This document shows positions 9,533 through 19,256 of a DNA stretch of 64,000 bases, one piece after another; position 1 is the stretch's first letter; each line of letters begins with the position of its first letter. The position numbers were made by a program, and so were the translations under genes. Source of the stretch: an uncultured bacterium (lineage in GTDB: Bacteria > Cyanobacteriota > Vampirovibrionia > Gastranaerophilales > Gastranaerophilaceae); contig CAREDV010000001.1 of the NCBI GenBank assembly GCA_948964545.1, forward strand, positions 351,942 through 415,941, written 5' to 3'. Below the pieces are notes generated by a model. The model was not told the origin of the DNA. It did no database searches and saw only the letters and a program-made list of their open reading frames with translations.

Positions 9533-10015
9533 ATGAAACACGAAATTAACAGGCATGATATTTTAGAGAAAATTACACCGTTAATCGAAAATACAGCGAT
9601 GCGTTTCGGGTACATTCCTATAGAAATTGAGTTTGTTAAAGAAAATCACAGGTGGTTTTTGAGAATTTACCTTTACTCAAAAGAAAAAGATGTTACGTTA
9701 GATGATTGCGAAAAAGTAACTAGAAGTCTTTCTGATTTTTTGGATGAACTTATTCCTGTTAAATATTATCTGGAAGTGTCATCACCAGGTTTAGAACGTA
9801 AATTCAAGTCAGACAAAGAATTTACCTATTTCAACGGCAGAAGAATAAGTTTAAAGCTCAAAACCCCGCTTGAGGGCGAAGAAGAAAAAATATTTAAAGG
9901 AGAAATTATTGATTTTAACGAAACTGAAGGGTTAAAATTTTTCCGCTTTGATGACGGGCAGGAACTTCAAATTCCGCGCGAAAACATACAATCAGCGAAA
10001 CTATATATAGATTAA
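9533..10015 (+). CDS. rimP: Ribosome maturation factor RimP
   Basis: VTLDDCEKVTR, YYLEVSSPGLER; upstream of nusA; ATG 9533 after GAGG. Confidence 0.95.
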   Translation: MKHEINRHDILEKITPLIENTAMRFGYIPIEIEFVKENHRWFLRIYLYSKEKDVTLDDCEKVTRSLSDFLDELIPVKYYLEVSSPGLERKFKSDKEFTYFNGRRISLKLKTPLEGEEEKIFKGEIIDFNETEGLKFFRFDDGQELQIPRENIQSAKLYID

Positions 10016-10028
10016 AAGGAGATAAAAC

Positions 10029-11255
10029 ATGATTAAAATCGGAACAGCATTATTTGAAGCTTGTGAAGAACTTGAAAGAGAAAGAGGTATTTCTAAAGAA
10101 GTTCTTATTGCATCTTTGTGCGACGCAATGGTTGCGGCTTATAAAAAACATATGAGAATTGGTAAAGAAGTTACAAATATCGAAGCAATTCTTGATGAAC
10201 AATCAGGTGAAATCGGAGTTTTTAGTACTAAACTTGTTGTTGATGAAGTTGAAGATCAAGATTTGCAGATTTCACTTGCTGATGCTCAAGAAATCGTTGA
10301 AGATGTTGAGGCGGGCGACGAAATTAAAATTGAAGTTACACCTGAACAATTTGGACGTATTGCAGCACAATCTGCAAAACAAGTTATTACTCAAAGAATC
10401 AGAGAAGCTGAAAGAAATCTTGTATTGAACGAATTTCTTGATAAAAAAGGCACTCTGACAACAGGTATTATTCAACGTGTTGAAAACAGAAATGTAATTG
10501 TTAATATTGGCAAGACTGATGCAATTATGCCGCAAAAAGAACAAATACCAGGTGAATACTATAAACCTGGCAACAGAATAAGAGTTTTTGTACTTAACGT
10601 AAAAGAAACAACAAGATTACCTCAGGTAATTGTTTCTCATGCGCATGCAGAAATCGTTAGAGAATTGTTTGAACTTGAAGTTCCTGAAATTGAAGACGGA
10701 ATTGTTGAAATTAAGTCAATTTCGCGTGAAGCAGGCTACAGAACAAAAATTGCTGTTTGGTCAAATGACCCAGAAGTTGATTCTGTAGGTGCTTGTATCG
10801 GCCCTCGCGGAAGCAGAATTCAAACAATCGTTTCGGAATTGAAAAACGAAAAAATTGATATCGTAAGATATTCTGAAGATCCTGTAGAATACATTGTTAA
10901 CGCATTGTCACCTGCAAGAGTTGTTTCTGTTGATATTTTAGCAAATGATGAATATGCACATGAAGCTATGGTTGTTGTTCCTGATGACCAATTATCTCTT
11001 GCAATTGGCAGAGAGGGGCAAAACGTAAGACTTGCTCACAAACTGACAAGCTGGAAGATAGATATTAAGAGCGTTTCTCAAATGGAAAAAGCTGAAGCTG
11101 CTAATTTTCAAAATTATGAAGAACCTGAATTTGTAGAAGAATTCGAAGAACAAGATGAACTTCAACAGGAAATTGAAGAAGAAATGAATCAACAAGCTTA
11201 TGATGAGGAAGATATCCAGGTCGAAGAAGAAGTTGTTGAGGAAACAGAAGAATAA
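10029..11255 (+). CDS. nusA: Transcription termination factor NusA
   Basis: FGRIAAQSAKQV, EVPEIEDG, GACIGPRGSR, QLSLAIGREGQNVRLA. Confidence 0.98.
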   Translation: MIKIGTALFEACEELERERGISKEVLIASLCDAMVAAYKKHMRIGKEVTNIEAILDEQSGEIGVFSTKLVVDEVEDQDLQISLADAQEIVEDVEAGDEIKIEVTPEQFGRIAAQSAKQVITQRIREAERNLVLNEFLDKKGTLTTGIIQRVENRNVIVNIGKTDAIMPQKEQIPGEYYKPGNRIRVFVLNVKETTRLPQVIVSHAHAEIVRELFELEVPEIEDGIVEIKSISREAGYRTKIAVWSNDPEVDSVGACIGPRGSRIQTIVSELKNEKIDIVRYSEDPVEYIVNALSPARVVSVDILANDEYAHEAMVVVPDDQLSLAIGREGQNVRLAHKLTSWKIDIKSVSQMEKAEAANFQNYEEPEFVEEFEEQDELQQEIEEEMNQQAYDEEDIQVEEEVVEETEE

Positions 11256-11257
11256 TT

Positions 11258-11284
11258 AAGAGGCTCAAATGAGCCTCTTTTTTT
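11258..11284 (+). terminator. Rho-independent terminator after nusA
   Basis: AAGAGGCTC-AAAT-GAGCCTCTT-TTTTT. Confidence 0.85.
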
Positions 11285-11290
11285 CGCTTG

Positions 11291-11318
11291 TTGACAAAAA
11301 ACTTTGAGCGCATATCAT
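11291..11318 (+). promoter_or_regulatory. sigma70-type promoter of tuf
   Basis: TTGACA-N16-TATCAT. Confidence 0.6.
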
Positions 11319-11386
11319 ATATAGTATGGCTTAAAATACCAAATTAGTATTGTAGTATAAAGTAGACAAAAAAGGAGATTAATCTC

Positions 11387-12595
11387 ATGGCAAGAGAAAA
11401 GTACGAACGTACCAAACCTCACGTTAACGTAGGTACAGTAGGCCACGTTGACCACGGTAAAACAACATTAACTGCAGCAATTACATCTGTATTGGCTGCT
11501 CAAGGTCAAGCTGCAATGAAAAAATTCGATGAAATCGACGCAGCTCCAGAAGAAAGAGCAAGAGGTATTACTATCTCTACAGCTCACGTAGAATACGAAA
11601 CAGATGCTAGACACTATGCTCACGTTGACTGCCCAGGCCACGCTGACTATGTTAAAAACATGATTACAGGTGCAGCTCAAATGGACGGCGCTATTCTTGT
11701 AGTTGCAGCTACAGACGGTGCTATGCCTCAAACTCGTGAACACATCTTGCTTGCTCGTCAGGTTGGTGTTCCTAACTTAGTAGTATTCTTAAACAAATGC
11801 GATATGGTTGATGACCCTGAATTGTTAGAATTGGTTGAAATGGAAGTTCGTGAATTGTTGACTTCTTATGAATTCGACGGTGACAATATCCCATTCATTC
11901 ACGGTTCTGCTTTGAAAGCTTTAGAAGCTGCTCAAGCTAACCCAACAATCGCTCGTGGAGAAGACAAATGGGTTGATAAAATTTGGGAATTGATGGATGC
12001 TATCGATTCTTACTTCCCAACTCCTGAACGTGATTTAGACAAACCATTCTTGATGCCTGTTGAAGACGTATTCTCAATTACAGGTCGTGGTACTGTTGCA
12101 ACTGGTAGAGTTGAACGTGGTATCGTTAAAGTTGGTGACGAAGTTGAATTAGTTGGTTTAGGCGAAACTAAGAAAACTACAGTTACAGGTGTTGAAATGT
12201 TCAGAAAATCACTTGACCAAGGTCAAGCTGGTGACAACATTGGTGCTTTGTTACGTGGTGTTGATAAAACTGAAATCCAACGTGGTCAAGTATTGGCTAA
12301 ACCTGGTTCAATCAAACCTCACACTAAATTCACAGCTAACGTTTACGTATTGACTAAAGAAGAAGGCGGACGTCACACTCCATTCTTCCCTGGTTACAGA
12401 CCTCAGTTCTACATCAGAACAACTGACGTAACTGGTTCAATTAAATTTGAAGGTCAAATGGTAATGCCTGGTGATAACGTAGTTATGGAAGTTGAACTTA
12501 TCGCTCCTGTAGCTATCGAAGAAGGTATGAGATTTGCGATTCGTGAAGGCGGCCACACAGTTGGTGCTGGTGTTGTTGACAAAATTATTGAATAA
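11387..12595 (+). CDS. tuf: Elongation factor Tu
   Basis: [24 protein letters not shown], strong codon bias. Confidence 0.99.
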   Translation: MAREKYERTKPHVNVGTVGHVDHGKTTLTAAITSVLAAQGQAAMKKFDEIDAAPEERARGITISTAHVEYETDARHYAHVDCPGHADYVKNMITGAAQMDGAILVVAATDGAMPQTREHILLARQVGVPNLVVFLNKCDMVDDPELLELVEMEVRELLTSYEFDGDNIPFIHGSALKALEAAQANPTIARGEDKWVDKIWELMDAIDSYFPTPERDLDKPFLMPVEDVFSITGRGTVATGRVERGIVKVGDEVELVGLGETKKTTVTGVEMFRKSLDQGQAGDNIGALLRGVDKTEIQRGQVLAKPGSIKPHTKFTANVYVLTKEEGGRHTPFFPGYRPQFYIRTTDVTGSIKFEGQMVMPGDNVVMEVELIAPVAIEEGMRFAIREGGHTVGAGVVDKIIE

Positions 12596-12618
12596 TTTTT
12601 GATATAACATATAGAATT

Positions 12619-12648
12619 AAAAGCGAGTTCGAAAGAACTCGCTTTTTT
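12619..12648 (+). terminator. Rho-independent terminator after tuf
   Basis: AAAAGCGAGTTC-GAAA-GAACTCGCTTTTTT. Confidence 0.9.
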
Positions 12649-12717
12649 AATACCACAAAGGGCTGTAAATACAGCCCTTATAAATTTTTCCCCTATAAAC
12701 CAAATATTTCCTTGACC

Positions 12718-12879
12718 TTATTTTGCAATTTGAATTTTTTCAAATTTGTTAGCTTCTTTTGATTTTTGTAAATATTTAACTAACGATTTTGCAACTAATT
12801 CTGAACGTTTTTTATTTTCCTTATCTAAAATTTCAAAGTATTCGTCTAATGATGACATTATATATTCTGTATTTTCCAT
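12718..12879 (-). CDS. Small RHH/CopG-like protein, 53 aa (below ORF track cutoff)
   Basis: MENTEYIMSSLDEYFEILDKENKKRSELVAKSLVKYL...; AAGGA RBS; similar to upstream CopG (LDEIDQVAGNENRSRSELIREALRTYM). Confidence 0.65.
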   Translation of the reverse strand: MENTEYIMSSLDEYFEILDKENKKRSELVAKSLVKYLQKSKEANKFEKIQIAK

Positions 12880-12967
12880 TTTTTTTATCCTTTTTTCCCA
12901 ACTTTGTATTAACTTTTTCTATTCTGTAAGGAACTTTGTTCCCGTTTTCCCCTATTCTTTGATGTTT

Positions 12968-13156
12968 TTAACCTAATAATGCATCTAAAATTTCTGCGTT
13001 TCTTGAAGCTTTTTGTGTGTCGCGAACTTGATTTCTGTACATATATGTTCTGAGTGCTTCTCTGATTAATTCTGATCTTGAACGATTTTCGTTACCTGCT
13101 ACTTGGTCAATTTCGTCTAAAAATCTTTCAGGCATTGAAATTAATACTCTTGCCAT
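12968..13156 (-). CDS. CopG/ribbon-helix-helix transcriptional regulator
   Basis: MARVLISMPERFLDEID...SRSELIREALR; AGGAG RBS. Confidence 0.88.
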   Translation of the reverse strand: MARVLISMPERFLDEIDQVAGNENRSRSELIREALRTYMYRNQVRDTQKASRNAEILDALLG

Positions 13157-13197
13157 TGTTTACTCCTTTGTTATTTCCCTTGTGATCCCCTTGTATT

Positions 13198-13228
13198 TAT
13201 ATAAAGGAAATTATTAACGAAAAATTGC
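13198..13228 (-). promoter_or_regulatory. GCAA-N19-TTTATATA putative alternative-sigma promoter
   Basis: Exact motif and spacing shared with 16052, 54184, 54573, 56215. Confidence 0.6.
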
Positions 13229-13281
13229 GTAAATAGTATATATTTTGTATAAATCGCTTAACAAAACTTAATGTCAATTTC

Positions 13282-13947
13282 TTAAATCCGCCGTACATAA
13301 TAGTTTTCATCTTCTTTAAGTTCTTTCTTGATTTGTTCATAGTTGTCAAATTTTGATAAAATTTTTGCAGTTTTTTCTCTAATAGTATAATCATGTACAT
13401 CTTTTGTTTCAAGAATTATGTCTTTTATATCAATAAATTCTGTAAAATGATATATTGTTTCAAGATACCAGTATAGCTTGAATATTTCTTTATTTACTTT
13501 ATATTTTCCGTCTTGTGGGTCAAATGTTTTTGCAATTTTGGCAAGTTCAAGAGTTTTATTAGTAAGTTTGTTACAAAAATCTTGGCAAAATTCGTTGTAT
13601 TTTTTTAGATATCTAATAGCTGCTATTGTATTTCTACATATATTACCGTTAATATCAATAATTGCATCAAGGAATATATCAACAAAATTTGTAAAATATT
13701 CAGGATTTTCTTTTACAAATTCAGGCAGTCTGAATGATACTGCTTCTCTGATTTTGCCGTCACAGCCAGTGAGGTTTTGCATGATTGTTGCAGCATCATC
13801 TGAACCTGACAGTTTTTGAAGTTTAAGAACTGATGCTTGTTTTTCTGCCACTGTGCCGTTTTTCAAGAACTCAATTAAATCTTCATGTGAATAATCATTT
13901 TCATATATATTTAAAGCTGTATTAAAATCTGTGTTCAACTTTTGCAT
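13282..13947 (-). CDS. Hypothetical HEAT-like repeat protein
   Basis: DGKIREAVS, DYTIREKTAKIL, DENYYVRR repeats. Confidence 0.65.
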   Translation of the reverse strand: MQKLNTDFNTALNIYENDYSHEDLIEFLKNGTVAEKQASVLKLQKLSGSDDAATIMQNLTGCDGKIREAVSFRLPEFVKENPEYFTNFVDIFLDAIIDINGNICRNTIAAIRYLKKYNEFCQDFCNKLTNKTLELAKIAKTFDPQDGKYKVNKEIFKLYWYLETIYHFTEFIDIKDIILETKDVHDYTIREKTAKILSKFDNYEQIKKELKEDENYYVRRI

Positions 13948-14065
13948 TTTTCCTCGTTATATCTATAATATAACATAAAATGTAATGATTTTTGAGTCTG
14001 AAATCGTTTTAATGTATGATATAAATTTAATATATGATATTATAATAAAATGAGGAGACATATTA

Positions 14066-14242
14066 ATGAAAGAAATTTTATCATTTTTTAAAGATATTTT
14101 TATGATTACAGATGAGAATTCTAGTATAAAAGTAGGATTATCACAGTTTAAAGAAGAGGATGAAAAAGAGGTTGAAGTAAAGCAGCCTATTAAGGTTTCA
14201 AAAGATATTAAACTTTCTGATTTGATGCGCAGAAGTGCTTAG
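14066..14242 (+). CDS. Small hypothetical protein, 58 aa (below cutoff)
   Basis: GAGGAG RBS; MKEILSFFKDIFMITDE...LSDLMRRSA*. Confidence 0.65.
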   Translation: MKEILSFFKDIFMITDENSSIKVGLSQFKEEDEKEVEVKQPIKVSKDIKLSDLMRRSA

Positions 14243-14278
14243 CGTGCCAGATACATTAAAAATTTGGCAGTTATAAAG

Positions 14279-14848
14279 TTAGTATTCAATTCCTTTTCGA
14301 GCTACTACACCCGTATCCCAGTAGTGTTTTATAGGATTAATTTCAGAAACAAGATGTGCTATGTCAATGATTTTTTGATTTGCATTTCTGCCTGTGAGAA
14401 CGATTTCCATTTCTTCTGGCTTAGCTTTAAGTGTTTCTACAACTTCATCAACATCAATTATACCTAAATCTATTGCGATATTTGCCTCATCAAGTATTAT
14501 AAGATTATATTTGTCATTTTTTATTGCATCTTTTGCAAGTTCCCAGCCCTTTTGAATTTCTTTATTATCAGCTTCTGATTGGTTTTTTGCATACACAATT
14601 CTATCAAGTCCCGCTTGAACTATTGTAAGATTTTGAGCGATTTCGGGAGAAAGGTTTCTGAATGAGTTCAGTTCCCCATAGTCATTTCCGCCTTTGGTAA
14701 ACATTATAATCAAAACTTTCCAGCATCTTCCAAGAGCGCGCATTGCAAGCCCTAGTGACGCTGTGGTTTTGCCTTTGCCATTTCCTGTATAAACTTGGAT
14801 GTAACCGTGTTTTGCCCAATTTGGGTTTACTAAATTATCGCATTTCAT
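14279..14848 (-). CDS. cobO: Cob(I)yrinic acid a,c-diamide adenosyltransferase (CobO/BtuR), copy 2
   Basis: QVYTGNGKGKTTASLGLAMRA, IILDEAN, ARKGIEY. Confidence 0.92.
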   Translation of the reverse strand: MKCDNLVNPNWAKHGYIQVYTGNGKGKTTASLGLAMRALGRCWKVLIIMFTKGGNDYGELNSFRNLSPEIAQNLTIVQAGLDRIVYAKNQSEADNKEIQKGWELAKDAIKNDKYNLIILDEANIAIDLGIIDVDEVVETLKAKPEEMEIVLTGRNANQKIIDIAHLVSEINPIKHYWDTGVVARKGIEY

Positions 14849-14872
14849 TTGTATTTATTATATATTAAAAAC

Positions 14873-15379
14873 ATGGATAATAAAACAGACTTGAGGGTAA
14901 GAGCAAAAAGTATAAGAAAAACTCTTGATATTGCACGATTAAGTGATAATGCGGTTAACCAAATCAGGCAGATTAAGTTATACCAAAATGCTCAAAATGT
15001 TTTGATTTTTCATCCTATGCAGTATGAAATAAGTGTTTTAGGGCTATTGAAAGATACTAAGAATTTTTATCTGCCGAAAGTCTGCGGGAATGAGCTTCTT
15101 GTATGTCCTTATTCAGATAAACTTGAAAAATCTGAGTTCAATGTCTGTGAGCCCTGTTCAAATCCTGTAAATGCAGATATAATTGAGCTTGCAATAGTTC
15201 CTGCTTTAATGGCAGATAAAGACGGTTACAGATTGGGTTATGGCGGTGGTTTTTACGACAGATTTTTGTCTGCAAATCCTCATATCAAAACGATTGTGCC
15301 GATTGCAAAAGAATTGTATGTTGAAAAATTGCCTCGTGATGAGTTTGACGTAAAGATTGATTATGCTGTGATAGTTTAA
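14873..15379 (+). CDS. 5-formyltetrahydrofolate cyclo-ligase
   Basis: IVPALMADKDGYRLGYGGGFYDRFL; ATG 14873 likely start. Confidence 0.93.
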   Translation: MDNKTDLRVRAKSIRKTLDIARLSDNAVNQIRQIKLYQNAQNVLIFHPMQYEISVLGLLKDTKNFYLPKVCGNELLVCPYSDKLEKSEFNVCEPCSNPVNADIIELAIVPALMADKDGYRLGYGGGFYDRFLSANPHIKTIVPIAKELYVEKLPRDEFDVKIDYAVIV

Positions 15380-15424
15380 TAAATTTTTCCAATACCCAAT
15401 GTGGCGGGTCAAGCGGCTACGCTT
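15371..15424 (-). repeat. Dispersed intergenic element type A
   Basis: AAGCGTAGCCGCTTGACCCGCCACATTGGGTATTGGAAAAATTTATTAAACTAT; 23-nt identity with the 21727 copy. Confidence 0.75.
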
Positions 15425-15486
15425 GTAAAAGAGGCAGTCAAAATTGACTGCCTCATACAGGTTAGTTAAGGATAGGATGTTAAAGT

Positions 15487-16005
15487 TTATACGTATTCAG
15501 GTTTCCAACGTTCAGCTTCTTTGCTTTCTGCCTGTTTGCAAGAATCGTATTCCTGATCAAGAAGTTTCAGCTGCGTTTCAATTTTTTGTTTTTCTGCCTG
15601 AATTTGTTTTTCTTGTTCGTTCAAGAGCTTTTGTTCATGTTTTCCCATTCTTTCGCGCTCTTGATTGTACATATTTTTGAAAATCCATTGTTGATACATT
15701 GCCTGATACTGTGGATTTGGCATCTGCATCATTTGTTGTGCTATCATTGGCTGCATCATAGCCATTTTTTGCTGTGCACCGAACAACGCTCCGTTATGGG
15801 CGTATTGCATGTACATTAACTGTCGTCCGAACATTGAACTAGGGGTGTTCATCATATCGCTCATCGAAACCGACCCGTCTGCTATGTTGGATGCATATTG
15901 CTGCAAATCCGACAACTTTCTGGTGATTTCCATCAGGCGATAGTTCAAATCATGTCGTTGCCTGTTAATGTCTAATTTTCGGTATGCGAAAATTAAGAGT
16001 GACAT
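15487..16005 (-). CDS. Lineage-specific coiled-coil protein (M/Q-rich centre)
   Basis: 172 aa, AGGAG RBS, own terminator 15431-15454. Confidence 0.8.
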   Translation of the reverse strand: MSLLIFAYRKLDINRQRHDLNYRLMEITRKLSDLQQYASNIADGSVSMSDMMNTPSSMFGRQLMYMQYAHNGALFGAQQKMAMMQPMIAQQMMQMPNPQYQAMYQQWIFKNMYNQERERMGKHEQKLLNEQEKQIQAEKQKIETQLKLLDQEYDSCKQAESKEAERWKPEYV

Positions 16006-16051
16006 TGTTTTTCTCCTACCAAATTTTTTAACTAACCTTTAACCTTACATG

Positions 16052-16082
16052 TATATAAAAACATGCAACTCCTTAGAATTGC
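16052..16082 (-). promoter_or_regulatory. GCAA-N19-TTTATATA putative promoter, overlapping an inverted repeat downstream of clpP
   Basis: Exact motif and spacing. Confidence 0.6.
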
Positions 16083-16116
16083 ATGTTTTTGAGTCTTTTG
16101 TAAAGTTATGTTACAA

Positions 16117-16731
16117 CTATTTATTCTCTCTTGTAACAACTTTGTCTATAAGTCCGTATTCTAAAGCTTCTTGAGCTGTTAAGAAGTGGTCGCGTTCACA
16201 GTCTTCTTTAACTTTCTCATAAGGCTGACCAGAATTTTTTGCCATAATACTTATTAACATGTGTTTCATTCTCAAGATTTCTTTTGCTTCAAGTTCGATA
16301 TCTGTTGCCTGACCTTGAGCTCCGCCAAGAGGCTGGTGAATCATTACTCTTGCGTTAGGAAGTGCCAGTCTTTTGCCTTTAGCACCAGAGCATAACAAGA
16401 ATGCACCCATTGAAGCAGCATCGCCAAGACAAATTGTTGATACGTCAGATTTGATTAACTGCATTGTATCATAAATTGCCATACCTGCAGTGATTACACC
16501 GCCTGGGCTGTTAATATATAGCATAATATCTTTTTCTGAGTTTTCGCTGTCTAATAATAATAATTGTGCTACAACAGAGTTTGCAACTTCGTCATTAATT
16601 TCAGTACCTAAAAAGATTATTCTTTCTCTTAACAGTCTTGAAAAGATATCAAAAGAGCGTTCACCGCGTGATGATGCTTCTATAACTGTAGGTACGTAGC
16701 CCATTATTTTCATATAAGTCTGCTGGTCCAT
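16117..16731 (-). CDS. clpP: ATP-dependent Clp protease proteolytic subunit
   Basis: [38 protein letters not shown]. Confidence 0.98.
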   Translation of the reverse strand: MDQQTYMKIMGYVPTVIEASSRGERSFDIFSRLLRERIIFLGTEINDEVANSVVAQLLLLDSENSEKDIMLYINSPGGVITAGMAIYDTMQLIKSDVSTICLGDAASMGAFLLCSGAKGKRLALPNARVMIHQPLGGAQGQATDIELEAKEILRMKHMLISIMAKNSGQPYEKVKEDCERDHFLTAQEALEYGLIDKVVTRENK

Positions 16732-16740
16732 TTTATTCTC

Positions 16741-18090
16741 CTAATTATTTTCTTCTACTTTTTCTTCTGCAGGTTCTTCTTTAAGAATTTCAAGTTTTGT
16801 AATTCTTGCACCGTCAAGTTCTTTTACGATAAATGTGAAATCGTTAAATTTAACTGTATCGTTTATTTCAGCAAGACGTCCAAGGATTTTTAAAACTAGT
16901 CCGCCTATTGTGTCTATATCTTCGTCGTCAATTTCATTTTCGTCGATGTTGAAGTATTCGGCAAATTCATCAAGGCGCATTATAGAATTTGCAATATAAG
17001 TGTTTGGTGCAATTTCTTTTATGTCGCTTTCTTCTTCCTCATCAAATTCATCCTGCACTTCGCCAAAAATTTCTTCCAAAACATCTTCAAGTGTAATTAG
17101 TCCTGATGTTCCGCCAAATTCATCAACTACAATTGCCATTTGACCTTTGCGTTTTTTAAATTCAAGCACTAAATTATCCATAGTCATTGTTTCTGGAACT
17201 AAAAGGATGCTTCTTTGAATTTTTTCAATAGGACATACTTCATCTTTTATTGAAAGTGAATATAAGTCTTTAACGTGTACAAGACCTGTAATATGGTCAA
17301 TATCTTCTTCATAGACAGGATATCTTGTGTACTGGTTTTCTGCAGCAACTTTATATAATTCTTCTAATGGCATATTGCTTGGAATACAAACCATATCTGT
17401 TCTTGGTATCATAACTTGTTTAGCAGTCAAGTCAGAAAATTTAAACACATTATGAAGCATGTCTTTTTCTGTTTCATTAAGCACACCGCCATCGTAGCTT
17501 GCATTAACAAGCATATCAAGTTCTTCTGTAGAGTGAACAAGAGAACCTTTGTGAGAATGCGGGATATTTAACATTTTCAAAACAAGATTTCCAAATCCGT
17601 TTAAAAGCCAGATAAACGGGTTAAAAATGAATGTTAAAACCTGCATAGGTTTTGCAACCCATAAAGCTGTTTTTTCAGTATATTCAAGAGCAATTGACTT
17701 AGGAATAAGTTCTCCTATAACAACATGGAAAAATGTAATTAATGCAAATGCAATTGAAACTGACATTGTATGTGTAGCAACAGTTTTGGAAATTCCTGGC
17801 AGGAATACAAAAACGGGTTCAATTATTCTTGCAAGAGTTCCTTCACCTACCCAGCCGAGTCCGATACTCGAGATTGTAACACCGAGTTGTACTGCCGCAA
17901 TAAATTTATCCAAATCTTTAAGTGCTTCCATCGCAATCTTTGCATTAAAGTTTCCCTCATTAACCAGTTGTTCAATGCGGGTTTTTCTAACCTTAACCAT
18001 TGCAAATTCTGAAGCGACAAAAAATCCGTTTGAAAATAACAAAAATGCAATTACAAACAAATTAAAATATATATTGCCCGTCTCGTCCAT
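16741..18090 (-). CDS. Hemolysin/CNNM-CBS-CorC family transporter
   Basis: NGFFVASEFA, QLGVTISSIGLGW, VVDEFGGTSGLITLED. Confidence 0.93.
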   Translation of the reverse strand: MDETGNIYFNLFVIAFLLFSNGFFVASEFAMVKVRKTRIEQLVNEGNFNAKIAMEALKDLDKFIAAVQLGVTISSIGLGWVGEGTLARIIEPVFVFLPGISKTVATHTMSVSIAFALITFFHVVIGELIPKSIALEYTEKTALWVAKPMQVLTFIFNPFIWLLNGFGNLVLKMLNIPHSHKGSLVHSTEELDMLVNASYDGGVLNETEKDMLHNVFKFSDLTAKQVMIPRTDMVCIPSNMPLEELYKVAAENQYTRYPVYEEDIDHITGLVHVKDLYSLSIKDEVCPIEKIQRSILLVPETMTMDNLVLEFKKRKGQMAIVVDEFGGTSGLITLEDVLEEIFGEVQDEFDEEEESDIKEIAPNTYIANSIMRLDEFAEYFNIDENEIDDEDIDTIGGLVLKILGRLAEINDTVKFNDFTFIVKELDGARITKLEILKEEPAEEKVEENN

Positions 18091-18151
18091 TGTATACTTT
18101 TTCCTCTTATATTGATTATAATTATAATATTATCCTAAAAAAAAAGCAATC

Positions 18152-18964
18152 CTATTTTTTAGGGATTTCCACTTCTTTCAGTTCAGTATAAACCATTGGA
18201 GAAAAACCTTTTGTTGTAGAAATGTTTATTACTTTATAAACAGGTTTTTCGCTCAATAAAGTTGGTGATGTTATATGATAAACGCCGTTACGCATAACTT
18301 CGTAGTTGGTGTGCAAGTGTCCTGTGATTATTGTAATTACGTTATCATGTTTATCCAATACATTCAGATAATCTTCTTTTTTATACACCATATGTGTAGT
18401 TGATTCTTTGTTTGAAATAATTGGAAAATGCTGGAATATTACGACTTTGCTGTTTTTATGTTTTTTTAATTCTTTATCAAGCCATTTAAGGGTATCTTTT
18501 TTGTAATAGCCGTTAGAACCTGGTACGACTTCTTTTGCGCCGTCAACTACAATGAATACAAAGCCGTTTTTTCTGAATGTATAATTAGGTTTTGTATATC
18601 TATATAAAAAGTTGTTATCCCTGACAATTTCAAGATAATGTGTTTTAGAAAGTCCATTATTTTTAAACACATCGTGATTCCCGATTACAAGATAATAAGG
18701 TACACGCAGTTTATTTATAATTTTTATAAATTCTGGTATATATTCTGCATTTGGAGAATCGATGTTATCGCCTGTAAATACTGCAAATGAAATTCCTTTT
18801 TCTTTGTTAATTGCCTTTACTGTTTCTTTTAAAACCTCAGCTCTGTGTTCGTCATTTGTTTTGAAGTGAGTATCAGTTATCTGAACAAATTTTATTGCTT
18901 CTGCAAAAACAGCAGTTTGTAAAAGCAAAAGTGACATAAAAGTTATAATTAAATTCTTTTTCAT
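18152..18964 (-). CDS. Exported calcineurin-like metallophosphoesterase
   Basis: Signal peptide; DTH, GDNID, GNHD, QHFP, GHLH motifs. Confidence 0.9.
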   Translation of the reverse strand: MKKNLIITFMSLLLLQTAVFAEAIKFVQITDTHFKTNDEHRAEVLKETVKAINKEKGISFAVFTGDNIDSPNAEYIPEFIKIINKLRVPYYLVIGNHDVFKNNGLSKTHYLEIVRDNNFLYRYTKPNYTFRKNGFVFIVVDGAKEVVPGSNGYYKKDTLKWLDKELKKHKNSKVVIFQHFPIISNKESTTHMVYKKEDYLNVLDKHDNVITIITGHLHTNYEVMRNGVYHITSPTLLSEKPVYKVINISTTKGFSPMVYTELKEVEIPKK

Positions 18965-19010
18965 TTTAAACCCTCTAGACAAATTATAACATAAATTATA
19001 TTATTATAAT

Positions 19011-19256
19011 ATGAGATTAGACAAATTTTTAAAGGTTTCAAGATTAATAAAACGCCGAACTGTTGCAAATGAGGTTTCGGAAATGGGCAGAGTGCTTGTT
19101 AACGGTAATCCAGCAAAGCCTGCAAAGCAGCTTAAAGAGGGTGATATTATAACAATTGAATATGCAAACAGAAATGTCTGCGCAAGAGTTTTGAAAGTGC
19201 CTGCTGGTAATGTAAGTGTTCAGGAAGCTCAATCTTTATATGAGTTATTTAACTAA
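19011..19256 (+). CDS. S4 RNA-binding protein (YabO/RqcP/Hsp15-like)
   Basis: MRLDKFLKVSRLIKRRTVANE. Confidence 0.93.
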   Translation: MRLDKFLKVSRLIKRRTVANEVSEMGRVLVNGNPAKPAKQLKEGDIITIEYANRNVCARVLKVPAGNVSVQEAQSLYELFN

